Positions 49,438-60,054 of a stretch of 64,000 nt of DNA are shown here, one piece after another. This stretch comes from an uncultured archaeon. Lineage in GTDB: Archaea > Asgardarchaeota > Heimdallarchaeia > Heimdallarchaeales > Kariarchaeaceae. The position numbers were made by a program, and so were the translations under genes. Numbering within the stretch: the stretch's first letter is position 1; each line of letters begins with the position of its first letter. Under the pieces are notes generated by a model, which saw only the letters and a program-made list of their open reading frames with translations, was not told the DNA's origin and did no database searches. The stretch spans positions 24,912-88,911 of the forward strand of contig CAZYCQ010000007.1 in the NCBI GenBank assembly GCA_964645535.1. The letters run 5' to 3'.

Positions 49438-50298
49438 TCAATAATCATAGGCTAGCTTAAGAGCTTCCAATGTCTCTTCGGAGAGGTTTATATCTTCTGC
49501 ATATTTCCAAATCCTTGGATCCAGCAACTGATCCGGGACGGATGGAAGTTCATACCTGATGATGAACCTGAGCACATCCTTGAGCGATGCGACGGCATTT
49601 TTCCAATTTTCGTGGTTGAGTGCCTTTTCTGCGTCCTTGAATTCCGGCCAGTCCCTTTCTATTCCCAAGTTTTCATATGCCTTTCTTGTTGCTTCCCATA
49701 ATTTAATGGCAGTATCCTTGTCATAATCCTGATTGATTTCTGGATAGTCCTTTCTTCGATGGGTGACAGGTTCTCCATTCAGGAGCTTTTGTCGTGCCGC
49801 TTCAAGGAACTTCATGTTTTCATTGAATGCATTCCGTGCCCAATTTGTTTCTGGTTCTTCTGCTTGGAATTCGAGTAGCCTGACCAATTCTGGGTTCCAT
49901 TTCCATTCTTGTGCTCTCTGACGTAGTTCCTCAATGAAATAGGGTTCTTTTTCGAACCAGATGATGGCATCCTTGAGGAACCTCAAGGTAATGGAAAGGG
50001 TGGTTATGGCGTTCGAATCAATTGGGTCAACGCTCATTTCATAGATCATTGCATCCTTGTCATGGATCCAGCAGTCAATGACAAATCCATCTGCGGGGAA
50101 CTCGATATGGGAAATTGCCACGAGTTGGAACTGCTTGATCTGTACCACATCGATATCATTAACGTCAGTTCCTTCACCTCTCGCCCAAGCTCCGACCAAT
50201 AGCAGAGCAATGGTTTCATCATCGACCAGATTATTGAGTGCCCATTCTTTGGCTTTTTCGAGTACCATAGGAATTAATTTTTCATGCTCTTCAACCAA
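49438..50298 (-). CDS. Pol-beta-superfamily nucleotidyltransferase-domain protein
   Basis: LVGAWARG...NDIDV, followed by a helical C-terminal domain. Confidence 0.7.
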   Translation of the reverse strand: MVEEHEKLIPMVLEKAKEWALNNLVDDETIALLLVGAWARGEGTDVNDIDVVQIKQFQLVAISHIEFPADGFVIDCWIHDKDAMIYEMSVDPIDSNAITTLSITLRFLKDAIIWFEKEPYFIEELRQRAQEWKWNPELVRLLEFQAEEPETNWARNAFNENMKFLEAARQKLLNGEPVTHRRKDYPEINQDYDKDTAIKLWEATRKAYENLGIERDWPEFKDAEKALNHENWKNAVASLKDVLRFIIRYELPSVPDQLLDPRIWKYAEDINLSEETLEALKLAYDY

Positions 50299-50437
50299 TA
50301 AAAACGTTATCCCGTCCCGGTGAATTTAAAGGAAGGCATAAGGGTTCTCGATGTAGTTCTGCTTTCGTTTTCTGGATTAAGTTGACAGAATCCACGATCC
50401 TTCAAAAGTCTAATTTAATTGAACTTGATGAGGTGAT

Positions 50438-52402
50438 GTGAGAGCAATGCCTAACATTGAGCATATCCGAAATGTGAGTATCATCTCTCATGTTGACCAT
50501 GGAAAGACTACATTGAGTGACCATTTGTTAGGCATGGCTGGCAGGCTTCCTAAACAGTTGCTCGGTGAAGTCCGTGCCCTTGACGAATTGAAGGAGGAGC
50601 AAAAGAGAGGAATTACGATAGAATCCAGTATTGCCTCATTGAATATCGAATTTGAGGATGGCATCCAAATCCACTTGAACCTGATCGATACTCCGGGGCA
50701 CGTAGACTTCTCAGGGAAAGTTGCAGAGGCGTTACGTTTGGTTGATGGCAGCATTGTCCTTGTCGACGCAGTTGAAGGGGTAATGGCGCAGACAATGACT
50801 GTTCTGAGACAGGCAATGGCGGAATACATTCAACCCATTTTGGTAATCAACAAGGTTGACCGCCTGATTTCAGAATTGGAACTTGATGAACAATCCATCC
50901 AGATTCGCATTCAGGAGATCATTGCTCAGGTTCACCGAATATGCAAAAACTTGTCTTTTCCTGGTTTGATCTTGCCAAATTTCAATTCAGGAAGTGTCCT
51001 TCTGATCAGTGCATTGGATGGCTGGGGAATTGACAGATACAGCATTGAACATACCGGTCTTACCATGAAGGATATCATCAACGCCTATACCCAAGGCAAA
51101 GTTGATGATCTCAGGGAACAGCTTCCTTTGGGCAAGATTGTCTCGGAAGCGATCTACCGTTGCCTTCCTGATCCTGCCACTGCACAAAAGATTCGTTTTC
51201 CGGGTCTGTTGCAGGGGGAGATACCTGACAGGTTAGTGAACTTGATCCATGAATGTTCTCCAGCCAACCAGGTAGTAGCCATGAACGGGAAACTCCTTAA
51301 AATTGGACGAAGCAGTGGTTTTGGTTCACTGATCCGAATGCTTTCCGGGAAGATCACCCGTGGCAGTCGACTTTATTCGACCAATACCGGTGAAGCTGTC
51401 AAGGTCACCCGTGTTGTTAAGCTTGACCTGCGAAAGGTACAAGAGGTCAAAGAACTCAGTGCAGGTGATGTGGGTGCGGTTGTCTTTTCCCCTCCTTTGG
51501 CAGCCGGAGACTTCCTTGTGGGAGAAAAGATTGAAGGTTTGTCCCTCAAGAACATCAGCTATGTACAGGAACCGATTGTTGCCATCAGCATTGAACCGAA
51601 AAATATCAAGGATCTGAACCGGCTTCCAGACATTCTTCGTGAATTGGCGGCTGCGACTCCCGGATTGGAATTTGAATTCGACAATGATACCGGTGAGCTG
51701 ATTGCCCTTGGTGTCGGCATGCTCCAATTGGAGATCCTTCGGATTGATCTTGAGGATATGGGAATCCAAGTTGAAACATCCCCTCCCATGGTTCTGTTAT
51801 TTGAGATGCCAAGATATGAGGCACATTTTGACCATCCATACTGGGAGGGCATCCATATTGATGCCGGTCCTTCTGATCAAATTCATGTAGAGCCATTAGA
51901 TACCGTTCTTTATACTGATGGCAATGGCAACAAATTGGTATTGGGTAAGAATTACACCTTCTCTTCAGATACCATTGAAGGAATGATCCAGACATTCAAA
52001 AGCGCAATGCGTGTTTCTCCTCGAACCCGTGAAAAGGTTCGAAATTTTGGACTGAAGGTCTCTGAAGGAGTACATTCCAAGGCTGTTAAAACATACGAAA
52101 ATGGTATAGTGCTCACCTCAAGTGCCATTCGTGCAGGGCTTGAACAATCCGGTGCAATTGTTCATGAACCATTCTACCATGTCACCATTAATGTCCCAGA
52201 TGAATATCTGGGTGACATGATCCAAGAACTTCAGAAACGTGATGCAACCATCAAGGACATAGGAAATGTTGGGGGAATCAGTTCAATCAAGGCTGTGGTG
52301 CATGTGAAGCAGATGGCCGATGCAGCAGACCGTTTCAGGCATCTTACGGATGGAAATGTCTTTTGGTCATATGATGCAGTGGAATTTCTTCCAAGAAGAT
52401 AG
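50438..52402 (+). CDS. Elongation factor EF-2 paralog (short, divergent)
   Basis: HVDHGKTTLSD, RGITI, DTPGHVDF, NKVD, GVGMLQLEI, HEPFY; no HRG diphthamide loop. Confidence 0.85.
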   Translation: MRAMPNIEHIRNVSIISHVDHGKTTLSDHLLGMAGRLPKQLLGEVRALDELKEEQKRGITIESSIASLNIEFEDGIQIHLNLIDTPGHVDFSGKVAEALRLVDGSIVLVDAVEGVMAQTMTVLRQAMAEYIQPILVINKVDRLISELELDEQSIQIRIQEIIAQVHRICKNLSFPGLILPNFNSGSVLLISALDGWGIDRYSIEHTGLTMKDIINAYTQGKVDDLREQLPLGKIVSEAIYRCLPDPATAQKIRFPGLLQGEIPDRLVNLIHECSPANQVVAMNGKLLKIGRSSGFGSLIRMLSGKITRGSRLYSTNTGEAVKVTRVVKLDLRKVQEVKELSAGDVGAVVFSPPLAAGDFLVGEKIEGLSLKNISYVQEPIVAISIEPKNIKDLNRLPDILRELAAATPGLEFEFDNDTGELIALGVGMLQLEILRIDLEDMGIQVETSPPMVLLFEMPRYEAHFDHPYWEGIHIDAGPSDQIHVEPLDTVLYTDGNGNKLVLGKNYTFSSDTIEGMIQTFKSAMRVSPRTREKVRNFGLKVSEGVHSKAVKTYENGIVLTSSAIRAGLEQSGAIVHEPFYHVTINVPDEYLGDMIQELQKRDATIKDIGNVGGISSIKAVVHVKQMADAADRFRHLTDGNVFWSYDAVEFLPRR

Positions 52403-52452
52403 GATTTCAGTTGTGACAAAATTTTATAACTTTGAAATCAGTTGTACGTTAG

Positions 52453-53166
52453 ATGAGCAAGGAACTTAAGGTTCAGGCCTATTGTGAAAGATGCAAAAAA
52501 ACCGAGCAGATTTCTGTCGATCTCTCGGATCCTGAAATTCAAAACCAACTGATGGGACATTCGGGAATATTTCCAGTTTCTCTGACCCATTCGGATCATT
52601 CAACCATCATTTTCATTGATGCCAATGGTGCTGCCCGACGAGTGAACTATATCGATTTGGCAAATCAAAGGCTTGAATCTGCGGTTTCTTCTCAAGCTTC
52701 CATCATTATGGAGATGGCGATCGCCAAAAAGCAAAAGTTCACTATTTTCTTTTTTTCGACCTCCCCCAAGTTCCGGAATTTTCTTATTGCCTTAGGAGAG
52801 GTCTTGAATCAGAACGTGCCTGAAACCGTTCCCTTTTCACTTGTTTCAAAGGAAAATCGTATCATCATCAAGATTTCAGATTTCACAATTTATTATGGAT
52901 CAATGGATAACTTTGCCTTAAACCACCACTCCAAAAACAATCTTGTATTTGTTGACATAACGGCTGGAATCCCTTCCCTTAAGAAAATCAAGGGAAACAA
53001 GACGCTTTATGTATTCTATAACCTTCAGCAGTTAATACGCGAAGGTAAGCAAAACAATCTCAACGATGTCATCCTTAAATTCAAACCAGAGCATCTCTAT
53101 GATTTTCGTACCAGCGAGGATATTGCTGAAGCCGTGTTCCGAGCCCTTGAAGGTTTTTCGGCTTAG
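52453..53166 (+). CDS. Hypothetical protein with an N-terminal CxxC...HxxH Zn-binding domain
   Basis: YCERC...GIFPVSLTHSDH..IFIDANG. Confidence 0.6.
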   Translation: MSKELKVQAYCERCKKTEQISVDLSDPEIQNQLMGHSGIFPVSLTHSDHSTIIFIDANGAARRVNYIDLANQRLESAVSSQASIIMEMAIAKKQKFTIFFFSTSPKFRNFLIALGEVLNQNVPETVPFSLVSKENRIIIKISDFTIYYGSMDNFALNHHSKNNLVFVDITAGIPSLKKIKGNKTLYVFYNLQQLIREGKQNNLNDVILKFKPEHLYDFRTSEDIAEAVFRALEGFSA

Positions 53167-53819
53167 CTTGTCATCATGTTTAATTTTCTTCTAAGAAATC
53201 TGACAGTTTTCCGGGGGATTCCAATCCTCCTTCCCTTGGCTTTTCCATGAGAAAGATTTGAGAGAACCCCATCCAAATCATTGCAGGGAGGGAGTTCTGT
53301 ATATGCAGTTCCAAATTCCGCCAGCCTATGGGAATCGGAATTCCCTAATTGGATTGCAAATCTTTGATCAGCAAACTTTCTTGCTCTCCAATTGAAAATT
53401 CCAAAAAGAGAAGATGCATTCAATGTCTCAACTCCATCGATTCCACTGTCCCCTACTTTTCTTCCCTTTCCTGACCTAAGAATATCAAAAGGGTGGGCCG
53501 CAACGCATATCACCCTTTCTCCTTGTGATTTTGCGAACTCTACGCTTTCTTTCATTGTAAGATCCTTTGGAACCCTTTCAGTCCATCCATAAACCAACAA
53601 ATGGCCGTCCTTGGTTGAGACTTCCTGTCCTGGTACAAGGATGACATCTGTCTGACTCTGCAATCGTTCGATTTTTTGATGGCTTTGAATATCATTATGA
53701 TCCGTGATGGCAATTGCGCCGAAGTTTAACTGCTCTGCTCGTTGAATGTAGGATTCAATGGGTACTTTGCTATCCCATGAAAACTCTGAATGTAAATGAA
53801 GGTCTACCTTCACAAGCAT
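53163..53819 (-). CDS. PHP-domain phosphoesterase
   Basis: DLHLHS, ITDHN, GQEVST..GH, AHPF, NSDSH. Confidence 0.92.
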   Translation of the reverse strand: MLVKVDLHLHSEFSWDSKVPIESYIQRAEQLNFGAIAITDHNDIQSHQKIERLQSQTDVILVPGQEVSTKDGHLLVYGWTERVPKDLTMKESVEFAKSQGERVICVAAHPFDILRSGKGRKVGDSGIDGVETLNASSLFGIFNWRARKFADQRFAIQLGNSDSHRLAEFGTAYTELPPCNDLDGVLSNLSHGKAKGRRIGIPRKTVRFLRRKLNMMTS

Positions 53820-53849
53820 TGGTTCTTCTGCATCAAGAAATATCTTTGG

Positions 53850-55958
53850 TTAGTTCTTCCCGTTTTTTCTTTGACGTCGTTCGAACTCTTCTGGATCAAA
53901 ATCATCATATGACGGCTGAATTTCCTCGAAAAATCTTCTTCGTTCGAACCGGTAGTTTTCAACCGCTGCAAGGAATTCCTGAACTGTGTTGATTTTCTTT
54001 TCCTTTACCCGCAATTCTTCCCAATCGCGTATGGCTTTTTCAAGGTATAGGGGGTCGATTATGGCAACGGAATCAAAGACTTGGATATTATAGGGTTCTG
54101 CATCAAGAAATGGGATACCATGAATTCTGAGGATGGCCTCGGCCTCAGGTGCAAATTCCGTATCATTAAGGAAGACCATCCTTGGTCTGATGTCAACTAA
54201 TCTGTTGGCTGTTTGTGGTCCCCCTCCTGATGCATCATGGATAAGAATGATATCCCCTCTTTTCAGTGTCACTTCCTCTTCAAGCTTGTCAAATCCCTTT
54301 TGTGAGAACACTGGCAGAACCTTTATCGGATATTTCCCTTCCTGCATTGAAATCCACAATGCCTTCTGAAGTTCCTGCACCCTTTTTCTCAATTGCTTTT
54401 CTGTACGTGTGTGCCTTGCCACCGCTTTTCGGAGGTACTGGATTTCCCGTGATTTTTCCTGAACCAACTGTCTTGTCAATGCATCAATGACGTTTGCGTC
54501 TCTGGCCTTGAACAGTGCCTCATGGATATTGCCCTTCTGTTTTCGTTCCTCATTCAGCATTGTTTCCAAGGTCATGACCTGCTCTCTGAGATATCCAATG
54601 GTGGATTCACTCGATGCTAGACTTTTGAGAAGATTTTTGATTCGGTTCTGAAGTCGAATGGTTACTTCATCTTCATAGTCTTGGCGAACCACTTCAGTAG
54701 GCTTGCTGTCTGCCCCTATGGAGTTGACTGCCTCTACGGCATCTGCAATGGTCAATCCTCTGATCACAAGACCTTTCACCACGTCCTTCTGCTTCTTGTC
54801 TAGATTTTCCATCCGTGTGATCTTCTCCATTTTCGAACGAATGAAATTGTATCCCTTGACAACCGCTGCCAAGGCATCAATCTCATGATTGTTGGAAAAA
54901 TGGACTCCTGCCTTTTTTGCAAGGTCTCTTTTATCCACCTTTGAGAGCTCTATTCGTGGAGAGAATATTTCGGCATCAAATGTAGCCGCCAATTTACTGA
55001 TCAGGTTCGGGATTGGATAGACATCTGCACAAAAGGCAACGGGTATTCCAAAATCTGAAAGATATTGGATAATGTCCGCTTTTGTCATGTCCCGTTGACT
55101 GAATACATCCAAGACCTTTCCATCCAAATCCATTACGGCAATTCCAATTGTGGTTCCTGGATCAATTCCGACAATCACCCTCCTGTGGAAGGATGGATGT
55201 TTCATGTCAAACCTGTATGAAATCGGCTTTCGTACGAGGATCTTTCTTGAAGGACTGATGAAGGTGATTTTTGCAGGTTTGAGATTAACTCCGGCAAAAA
55301 GTTCTCCAATTCTTGTTCGAGGAAGAAATGTGTGGAATTTTGCCTGCTTCAGCCCGTATTTTGTTCGAATCTCACTGAAATCGTATGCCACCTTGTTCCT
55401 GATGAGAATGTCCTTTATCTTTTCCGTTGCATGGAGAACAACCTCCTCATTTTGTCGTGCATATCTTTGTTGTGACCATCCTCCCTTCCGTGTTCGTCTC
55501 GGCTGGCCGATCTTAATGATGGTTTCGTCCTCGAAGGGATCCAAGATCGTCCCTATTCCCTTTTTTGCAAGAAGAGCAAGTCCTCTTGATGTCTGCATGG
55601 GTGTCGGCTTTCCATGTATTAATTCATACTTCCGAAAAAGTGACATGATGGAGATTGTCTTGCCGTTCTTGAGTCCATTGACATGAACCAGATTCGTTAC
55701 GGGTGGCAATCTTTTACAGAATTGCGGCAACGTCTCCCTTTTGAGGAGTATCTCTTGCGGATTGTCCGTTGCAAGGTATTTTGGTTTGAAAGCATGGATC
55801 AGTTGCATTAGTTTGCGTCTGGGAATATTGTCCCACTTCTTTTCTGTTCCGTTGGGAAGGAGCAAGGTAGCCGCCAAGCGCAGCTCATTCTCATTGGCAT
55901 GGCTGCTCATGGGCATGATGTCAAAGCCCATCACAGCAAAATCTTTGTCATCGGACAC
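53850..55958 (-). CDS. DUF460 protein (RNase H-like fold plus coiled coil)
   Basis: LATDN, GGWSQQRY.R, IVGIDPGTT, HEIDALAA. Confidence 0.88.
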   Translation of the reverse strand: MSDDKDFAVMGFDIMPMSSHANENELRLAATLLLPNGTEKKWDNIPRRKLMQLIHAFKPKYLATDNPQEILLKRETLPQFCKRLPPVTNLVHVNGLKNGKTISIMSLFRKYELIHGKPTPMQTSRGLALLAKKGIGTILDPFEDETIIKIGQPRRTRKGGWSQQRYARQNEEVVLHATEKIKDILIRNKVAYDFSEIRTKYGLKQAKFHTFLPRTRIGELFAGVNLKPAKITFISPSRKILVRKPISYRFDMKHPSFHRRVIVGIDPGTTIGIAVMDLDGKVLDVFSQRDMTKADIIQYLSDFGIPVAFCADVYPIPNLISKLAATFDAEIFSPRIELSKVDKRDLAKKAGVHFSNNHEIDALAAVVKGYNFIRSKMEKITRMENLDKKQKDVVKGLVIRGLTIADAVEAVNSIGADSKPTEVVRQDYEDEVTIRLQNRIKNLLKSLASSESTIGYLREQVMTLETMLNEERKQKGNIHEALFKARDANVIDALTRQLVQEKSREIQYLRKAVARHTRTEKQLRKRVQELQKALWISMQEGKYPIKVLPVFSQKGFDKLEEEVTLKRGDIILIHDASGGGPQTANRLVDIRPRMVFLNDTEFAPEAEAILRIHGIPFLDAEPYNIQVFDSVAIIDPLYLEKAIRDWEELRVKEKKINTVQEFLAAVENYRFERRRFFEEIQPSYDDFDPEEFERRQRKNGKN

Positions 55959-55960
55959 AT

Positions 55961-56848
55961 TTAATCCTCACAGTCAATTGTCTGACTTAATACTTCCTTT
56001 TCATTTCGTCTTATTTTATATTTCCTTTCGAAAAACACTAATACATTGCGAATATCGCGTTCCAGCAATTCCATCGCGTTTTCTTCCCATTTTTCAACTG
56101 CTTGTGGCATGTCTATGACCCGGATCTCTCCATCCGGTGTGATGATGATGTTATACTGCGACAGATCTCCATGGACAATCCCTGCTTTGCACCATGCATC
56201 TTTAATGAATTGAAGAATATCATCAAGAAATTCTTCTGCATCCTCAAGTTTTCTGATTTCCACCAAATCCCACCCATCGATGAACTCCATGACTATGATG
56301 TGGCGGTTGATGGCCAGCGGTTCCGGAACTGGCAGTCCGTTCTTATATGCCCGTTTCAGCCATTTGAATTCCTCTTCTGCTGAAAGTCTTGATGCATACA
56401 GTGCTGAAAGATGACGTTTGTCACTGGTATATCTTCTCTTCTTCCGTGTCTGCTGAAAGCTTGTATACCCTACCCTGTGAATCTTGATAATACAGGTGGT
56501 TCCATCCGGCCGTTGAGCAAAAAAAACTTGGGATTCCTTTCCCATTCCCTTTTCATCACCTAAACTGACGATATGTCCTTCTTCATACAACCTGTCCAAT
56601 GCAAGGGAATCATAACCTGTGGAGGTCAACTCATACCCAATAAAATGCCCGGTCCACCGTCTTACCATCCCTTTTTTATGCAGGTTGGAAAGGATATATT
56701 CTGTTTTCTGTTGGGAAAGTTTCGTATACCCCATAATTGTTTCGACGCTCACGTATTGACCATATCGCATGCCGATTTCAATCGCTCTGAGGATCTTGTA
56801 GTCCATCTTTTTCAGATCCTTCAGATGTTGAGCCGCTTCCAGTACCAC
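55961..56848 (-). CDS. rio2: RIO2-type protein kinase
   Basis: N-terminal wHTH (GYELTSTGYD.LAL), GKES, KIHR.G.TSF, HGDLSQYNI, IDMPQ; start uncertain. Confidence 0.9.
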   Translation of the reverse strand: MVLEAAQHLKDLKKMDYKILRAIEIGMRYGQYVSVETIMGYTKLSQQKTEYILSNLHKKGMVRRWTGHFIGYELTSTGYDSLALDRLYEEGHIVSLGDEKGMGKESQVFFAQRPDGTTCIIKIHRVGYTSFQQTRKKRRYTSDKRHLSALYASRLSAEEEFKWLKRAYKNGLPVPEPLAINRHIIVMEFIDGWDLVEIRKLEDAEEFLDDILQFIKDAWCKAGIVHGDLSQYNIIITPDGEIRVIDMPQAVEKWEENAMELLERDIRNVLVFFERKYKIRRNEKEVLSQTIDCED

Positions 56849-56885
56849 AAAAACAAATAAGGAACCCTGTGATAAATCCTTTTCC

Positions 56886-57419
56886 TTAATACCCTCCTGA
56901 AGTTTGACCAACAACCCCTATGTCCTCAAGGGATATGTCCAATTCTTCGAAATCGAGTTTTGCTTCGGAGAGAATGGAATGCAGTTCTTCTTTGGTCATT
57001 GTTTTGGCAAGCACCGTCAAGGCAAATCTTCCATTGTGCTGCAACAATACCCTCTTGATTTCCAAAACCCCTTTTTTACGATCTGGAAAGTTTTGAACCG
57101 CCGAGAACGAGACCACCGTATCGAAAGCACCATCACGAAAGGGAAGGCTTTCACCATCGCCAGCAATCCAGTTTCCACCTTTGTTCTTTTCCATGCCCAC
57201 CTTTAACAATTCGATGGATAGGTCGAGAACATCAACAGTTTCTGAAATAAATTGGGAAAACAATCCTGTCCCACCCCCTATGTCTAAAATTTTTCCTCTT
57301 ACCTTAAGTTTCTCTAATGCCGCCCTATACTTCTCATTTTGAATGTCTGTGTATCTTTTGTCATAATGGGGGGCTGTTTCATTATAGAGAAATCTTATCC
57401 TCTTTTTCTTATCCATCAT
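56886..57419 (-). CDS. Class I SAM-dependent methyltransferase
   Basis: LDIGGGTG, GDGESLPFRDGAFD. Confidence 0.9.
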   Translation of the reverse strand: MMDKKKRIRFLYNETAPHYDKRYTDIQNEKYRAALEKLKVRGKILDIGGGTGLFSQFISETVDVLDLSIELLKVGMEKNKGGNWIAGDGESLPFRDGAFDTVVSFSAVQNFPDRKKGVLEIKRVLLQHNGRFALTVLAKTMTKEELHSILSEAKLDFEELDISLEDIGVVGQTSGGY

Positions 57420-57462
57420 TCCCTACCCATTCTCCCTTCTGTTCGAAGAAAAACGTTCTTAT

Positions 57463-60003
57463 CTAGAAAAAGATCGGATCGACATCTTCATCATCAGCTA
57501 CATACCGAAATCCGTACTTTTCAGCGGTCTCATTGATTAAATCCAACATAGCCTCTTTTTCCTTGTCGGTTTCCACAATTTCGAGTTTCATCACCAAGAT
57601 GTTGTAATAGTCAATTGGATTGAGCTCATTCTCATCAAGGCTTCCAAGCAATTCAACAATGTCTTTGTTGATAATTCCTCGTTCTTTGTCAAAAAAGAAC
57701 TTGATGATCAATAGGGCTACCAGATCAAAATGAAGTTCTTCTCCCATCCAAGATATCAATTTCTCATTTTCCTGCCTCCCGAAAATTTCCTCGTTGGTTT
57801 CGTAGCCAAAGGCTTTCCTGAACAGCACCAAATTCCTGCTGCCCAAAAACAGGTATTTCTCTGCTTCTGTTAATTTTTCCCAGATTTCTATGGCTTCCCA
57901 AAATTCATCGGTATTGTCCTTAAACTCATTATGGCTTTGCCACATCAGGTAATCATTGAGTATCTTCATGACGAGCAGTTGGAACCTCATGATATCCCTT
58001 ATCTCGGTTGACAAGAGCATGATGATCAACCGTTCGACATCTTTGAACCTCCCCGTCCACAAAAGAAATCTGATCTTTTTGAGAACATCTGCCTCCCATT
58101 CCGTAAAGGCCGTCCAAAAGCCATAGGGTTGGGCAATTTCCAATTCCAGTTCCTGCTTTCCGGTTTGTTGGGTTTCCTCCTTCTCCCTTGGAAGATCTGT
58201 TGGAGGATTAAGATTCAGCTCTTCCCACTGCCGTTTCTTTGTCTGACCGATTGGACTGTTCTGAAACAAGGCTTTCTGTAAGTCGATTTCCCTTCCATCA
58301 CGCCTCTTCAGCACAAACCTTTCATAGATGTTCTGGACATTGTCATTCTTCAACAGTTCATCCAACGCTTCAATTCTCCATTTGGCATATTCCTCCCTAT
58401 CTTCCTCAATCATTGCCCTAGGATTGAGTTCAGTAATGTCCCTCGGGAACTGTCCCGATGTCATTTGCTGTGCTCGTGCCAAATGTGCCTCCGATCGCTT
58501 GTCCTGATGAAGAAGGAAATATATCAACGCCAAAAGCCGATTGAGATTATAATGAAGCTCCAATGCCTGTGTCATCCTATATTGGTCTGCTTTTGCCTCA
58601 AGGAAATCATAAAGCCGAACTGCCCTTGACAGAACATCCGGAATGTCCGTATGGTGATGTGAAACAATTGAGCTAATATACAGGCTGATCAGGATTGTCC
58701 GGTACAATGTAAATTCCAAAAACTCAAAACGAGGAAGCGTGATAAATTCAAACAGGTCGTCATTTAGGATCATGGACTGCTGTCGAAGTGTTTTGTTCCC
58801 CATGCTTTTCTGAAATCTGCCTGCCAAAAAAATACTTAATTCCCCTCGAAGCACATAGGTCTGGTTATTTTCATTCTCAACGGCTTTGCTCAGGTAATCA
58901 ATCGCCATCTTCAGCAATTTGCCATCATCATGAAGCCATGCCTCCAAGATCAACTGAAAGATCATGAAATAGACAAGACCCGGACGTATCAAGAGGGGAG
59001 GGAATGAATTCAAATGACCAAGCAGTGACCTGTATACCTCCAAAACATTGTCATGCAATGAAGGAACTCCCTTCTGCCGTACCAGCAATATCTCCTTTGC
59101 CAACTCCCGATCATGCCTTGTAATGTCCAGATTCGGCTGATCCATAAACTCCTTGAGAGAATCGATTTTCTCCGGACTTCCTGTCCACACATAGATGGAG
59201 GCTAGATTCAGGCAGATAATCAGAATCTGATGAAATTCCTCCTTTGCAATATGATCCCTCTCGGCAAAAATCTTGATGACCTGCTCACCGTAATCTATCG
59301 CCGTATCAATGGCTCCGATGAATGAATAGGCCACGGAAAGGTCATTCAGAAACCTTGGAAGATATGCCTGACGAATCTTCTTCTTCCTGACATACGTCTC
59401 AGCAATGTGCATGGTTTGGACAAGACGGAGCATATTCGCTTCAGACGGAAGAATAAGCGCTTTCAATCTGAAAATAAAGATCTCGTTGAACAGGATGGGA
59501 AAGAACGTAAACCGTATTCCATCAAACTCCTCCTGTTCAATCATGTCCTCCATCCCATTCATCGCAGTCTGAATCTCCTCATTCAATCGAATTGACATAT
59601 GCAAGGAATGAACCTCATCGTACAGGTTTTCTCCACTCTTACCTGTCCCTCTGACCGTTCTCAGATAAATGTCAATAAACCTAACATGATAGAGAAAGAA
59701 ATCGGACCTGTCACTTATTTCATCAAGGTAATTCTCCAATCCCTCGATCTTCCCTGCCTCAATCAATGCAGCAATTACTCCCAACGCAGCATACTCGTCC
59801 TCCGTCATCACTCTCGAAATATGCGGCTTCAAGGATTTGTAGGGTCTCGGAAGTTCAAACTGCTCCAACCCTTCCATTTGCTTGATGAATGACCCAAGCA
59901 GGGGATTATTCCTTTCTTTTGACATTTCGACTATCGTGGATTTCACTCCCGTCCGTAATCCTGTTTTCCAAACCATTCTTAAAAACCTTCTGTGCACTAC
60001 CAA
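57463..60003 (-). CDS. Large alpha-helical (TPR-like) hypothetical protein
   Basis: 846-aa ORF; LNDLSVAYSFIGAIDTAIDYGEQ is TPR-like. Confidence 0.6.
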   Translation of the reverse strand: MVVHRRFLRMVWKTGLRTGVKSTIVEMSKERNNPLLGSFIKQMEGLEQFELPRPYKSLKPHISRVMTEDEYAALGVIAALIEAGKIEGLENYLDEISDRSDFFLYHVRFIDIYLRTVRGTGKSGENLYDEVHSLHMSIRLNEEIQTAMNGMEDMIEQEEFDGIRFTFFPILFNEIFIFRLKALILPSEANMLRLVQTMHIAETYVRKKKIRQAYLPRFLNDLSVAYSFIGAIDTAIDYGEQVIKIFAERDHIAKEEFHQILIICLNLASIYVWTGSPEKIDSLKEFMDQPNLDITRHDRELAKEILLVRQKGVPSLHDNVLEVYRSLLGHLNSFPPLLIRPGLVYFMIFQLILEAWLHDDGKLLKMAIDYLSKAVENENNQTYVLRGELSIFLAGRFQKSMGNKTLRQQSMILNDDLFEFITLPRFEFLEFTLYRTILISLYISSIVSHHHTDIPDVLSRAVRLYDFLEAKADQYRMTQALELHYNLNRLLALIYFLLHQDKRSEAHLARAQQMTSGQFPRDITELNPRAMIEEDREEYAKWRIEALDELLKNDNVQNIYERFVLKRRDGREIDLQKALFQNSPIGQTKKRQWEELNLNPPTDLPREKEETQQTGKQELELEIAQPYGFWTAFTEWEADVLKKIRFLLWTGRFKDVERLIIMLLSTEIRDIMRFQLLVMKILNDYLMWQSHNEFKDNTDEFWEAIEIWEKLTEAEKYLFLGSRNLVLFRKAFGYETNEEIFGRQENEKLISWMGEELHFDLVALLIIKFFFDKERGIINKDIVELLGSLDENELNPIDYYNILVMKLEIVETDKEKEAMLDLINETAEKYGFRYVADDEDVDPIFF

Positions 60004-60054
60004 ATTTATTTTGAGTATTTAATCTCTGAATGGCGACACATTGCATCGGTTCCG

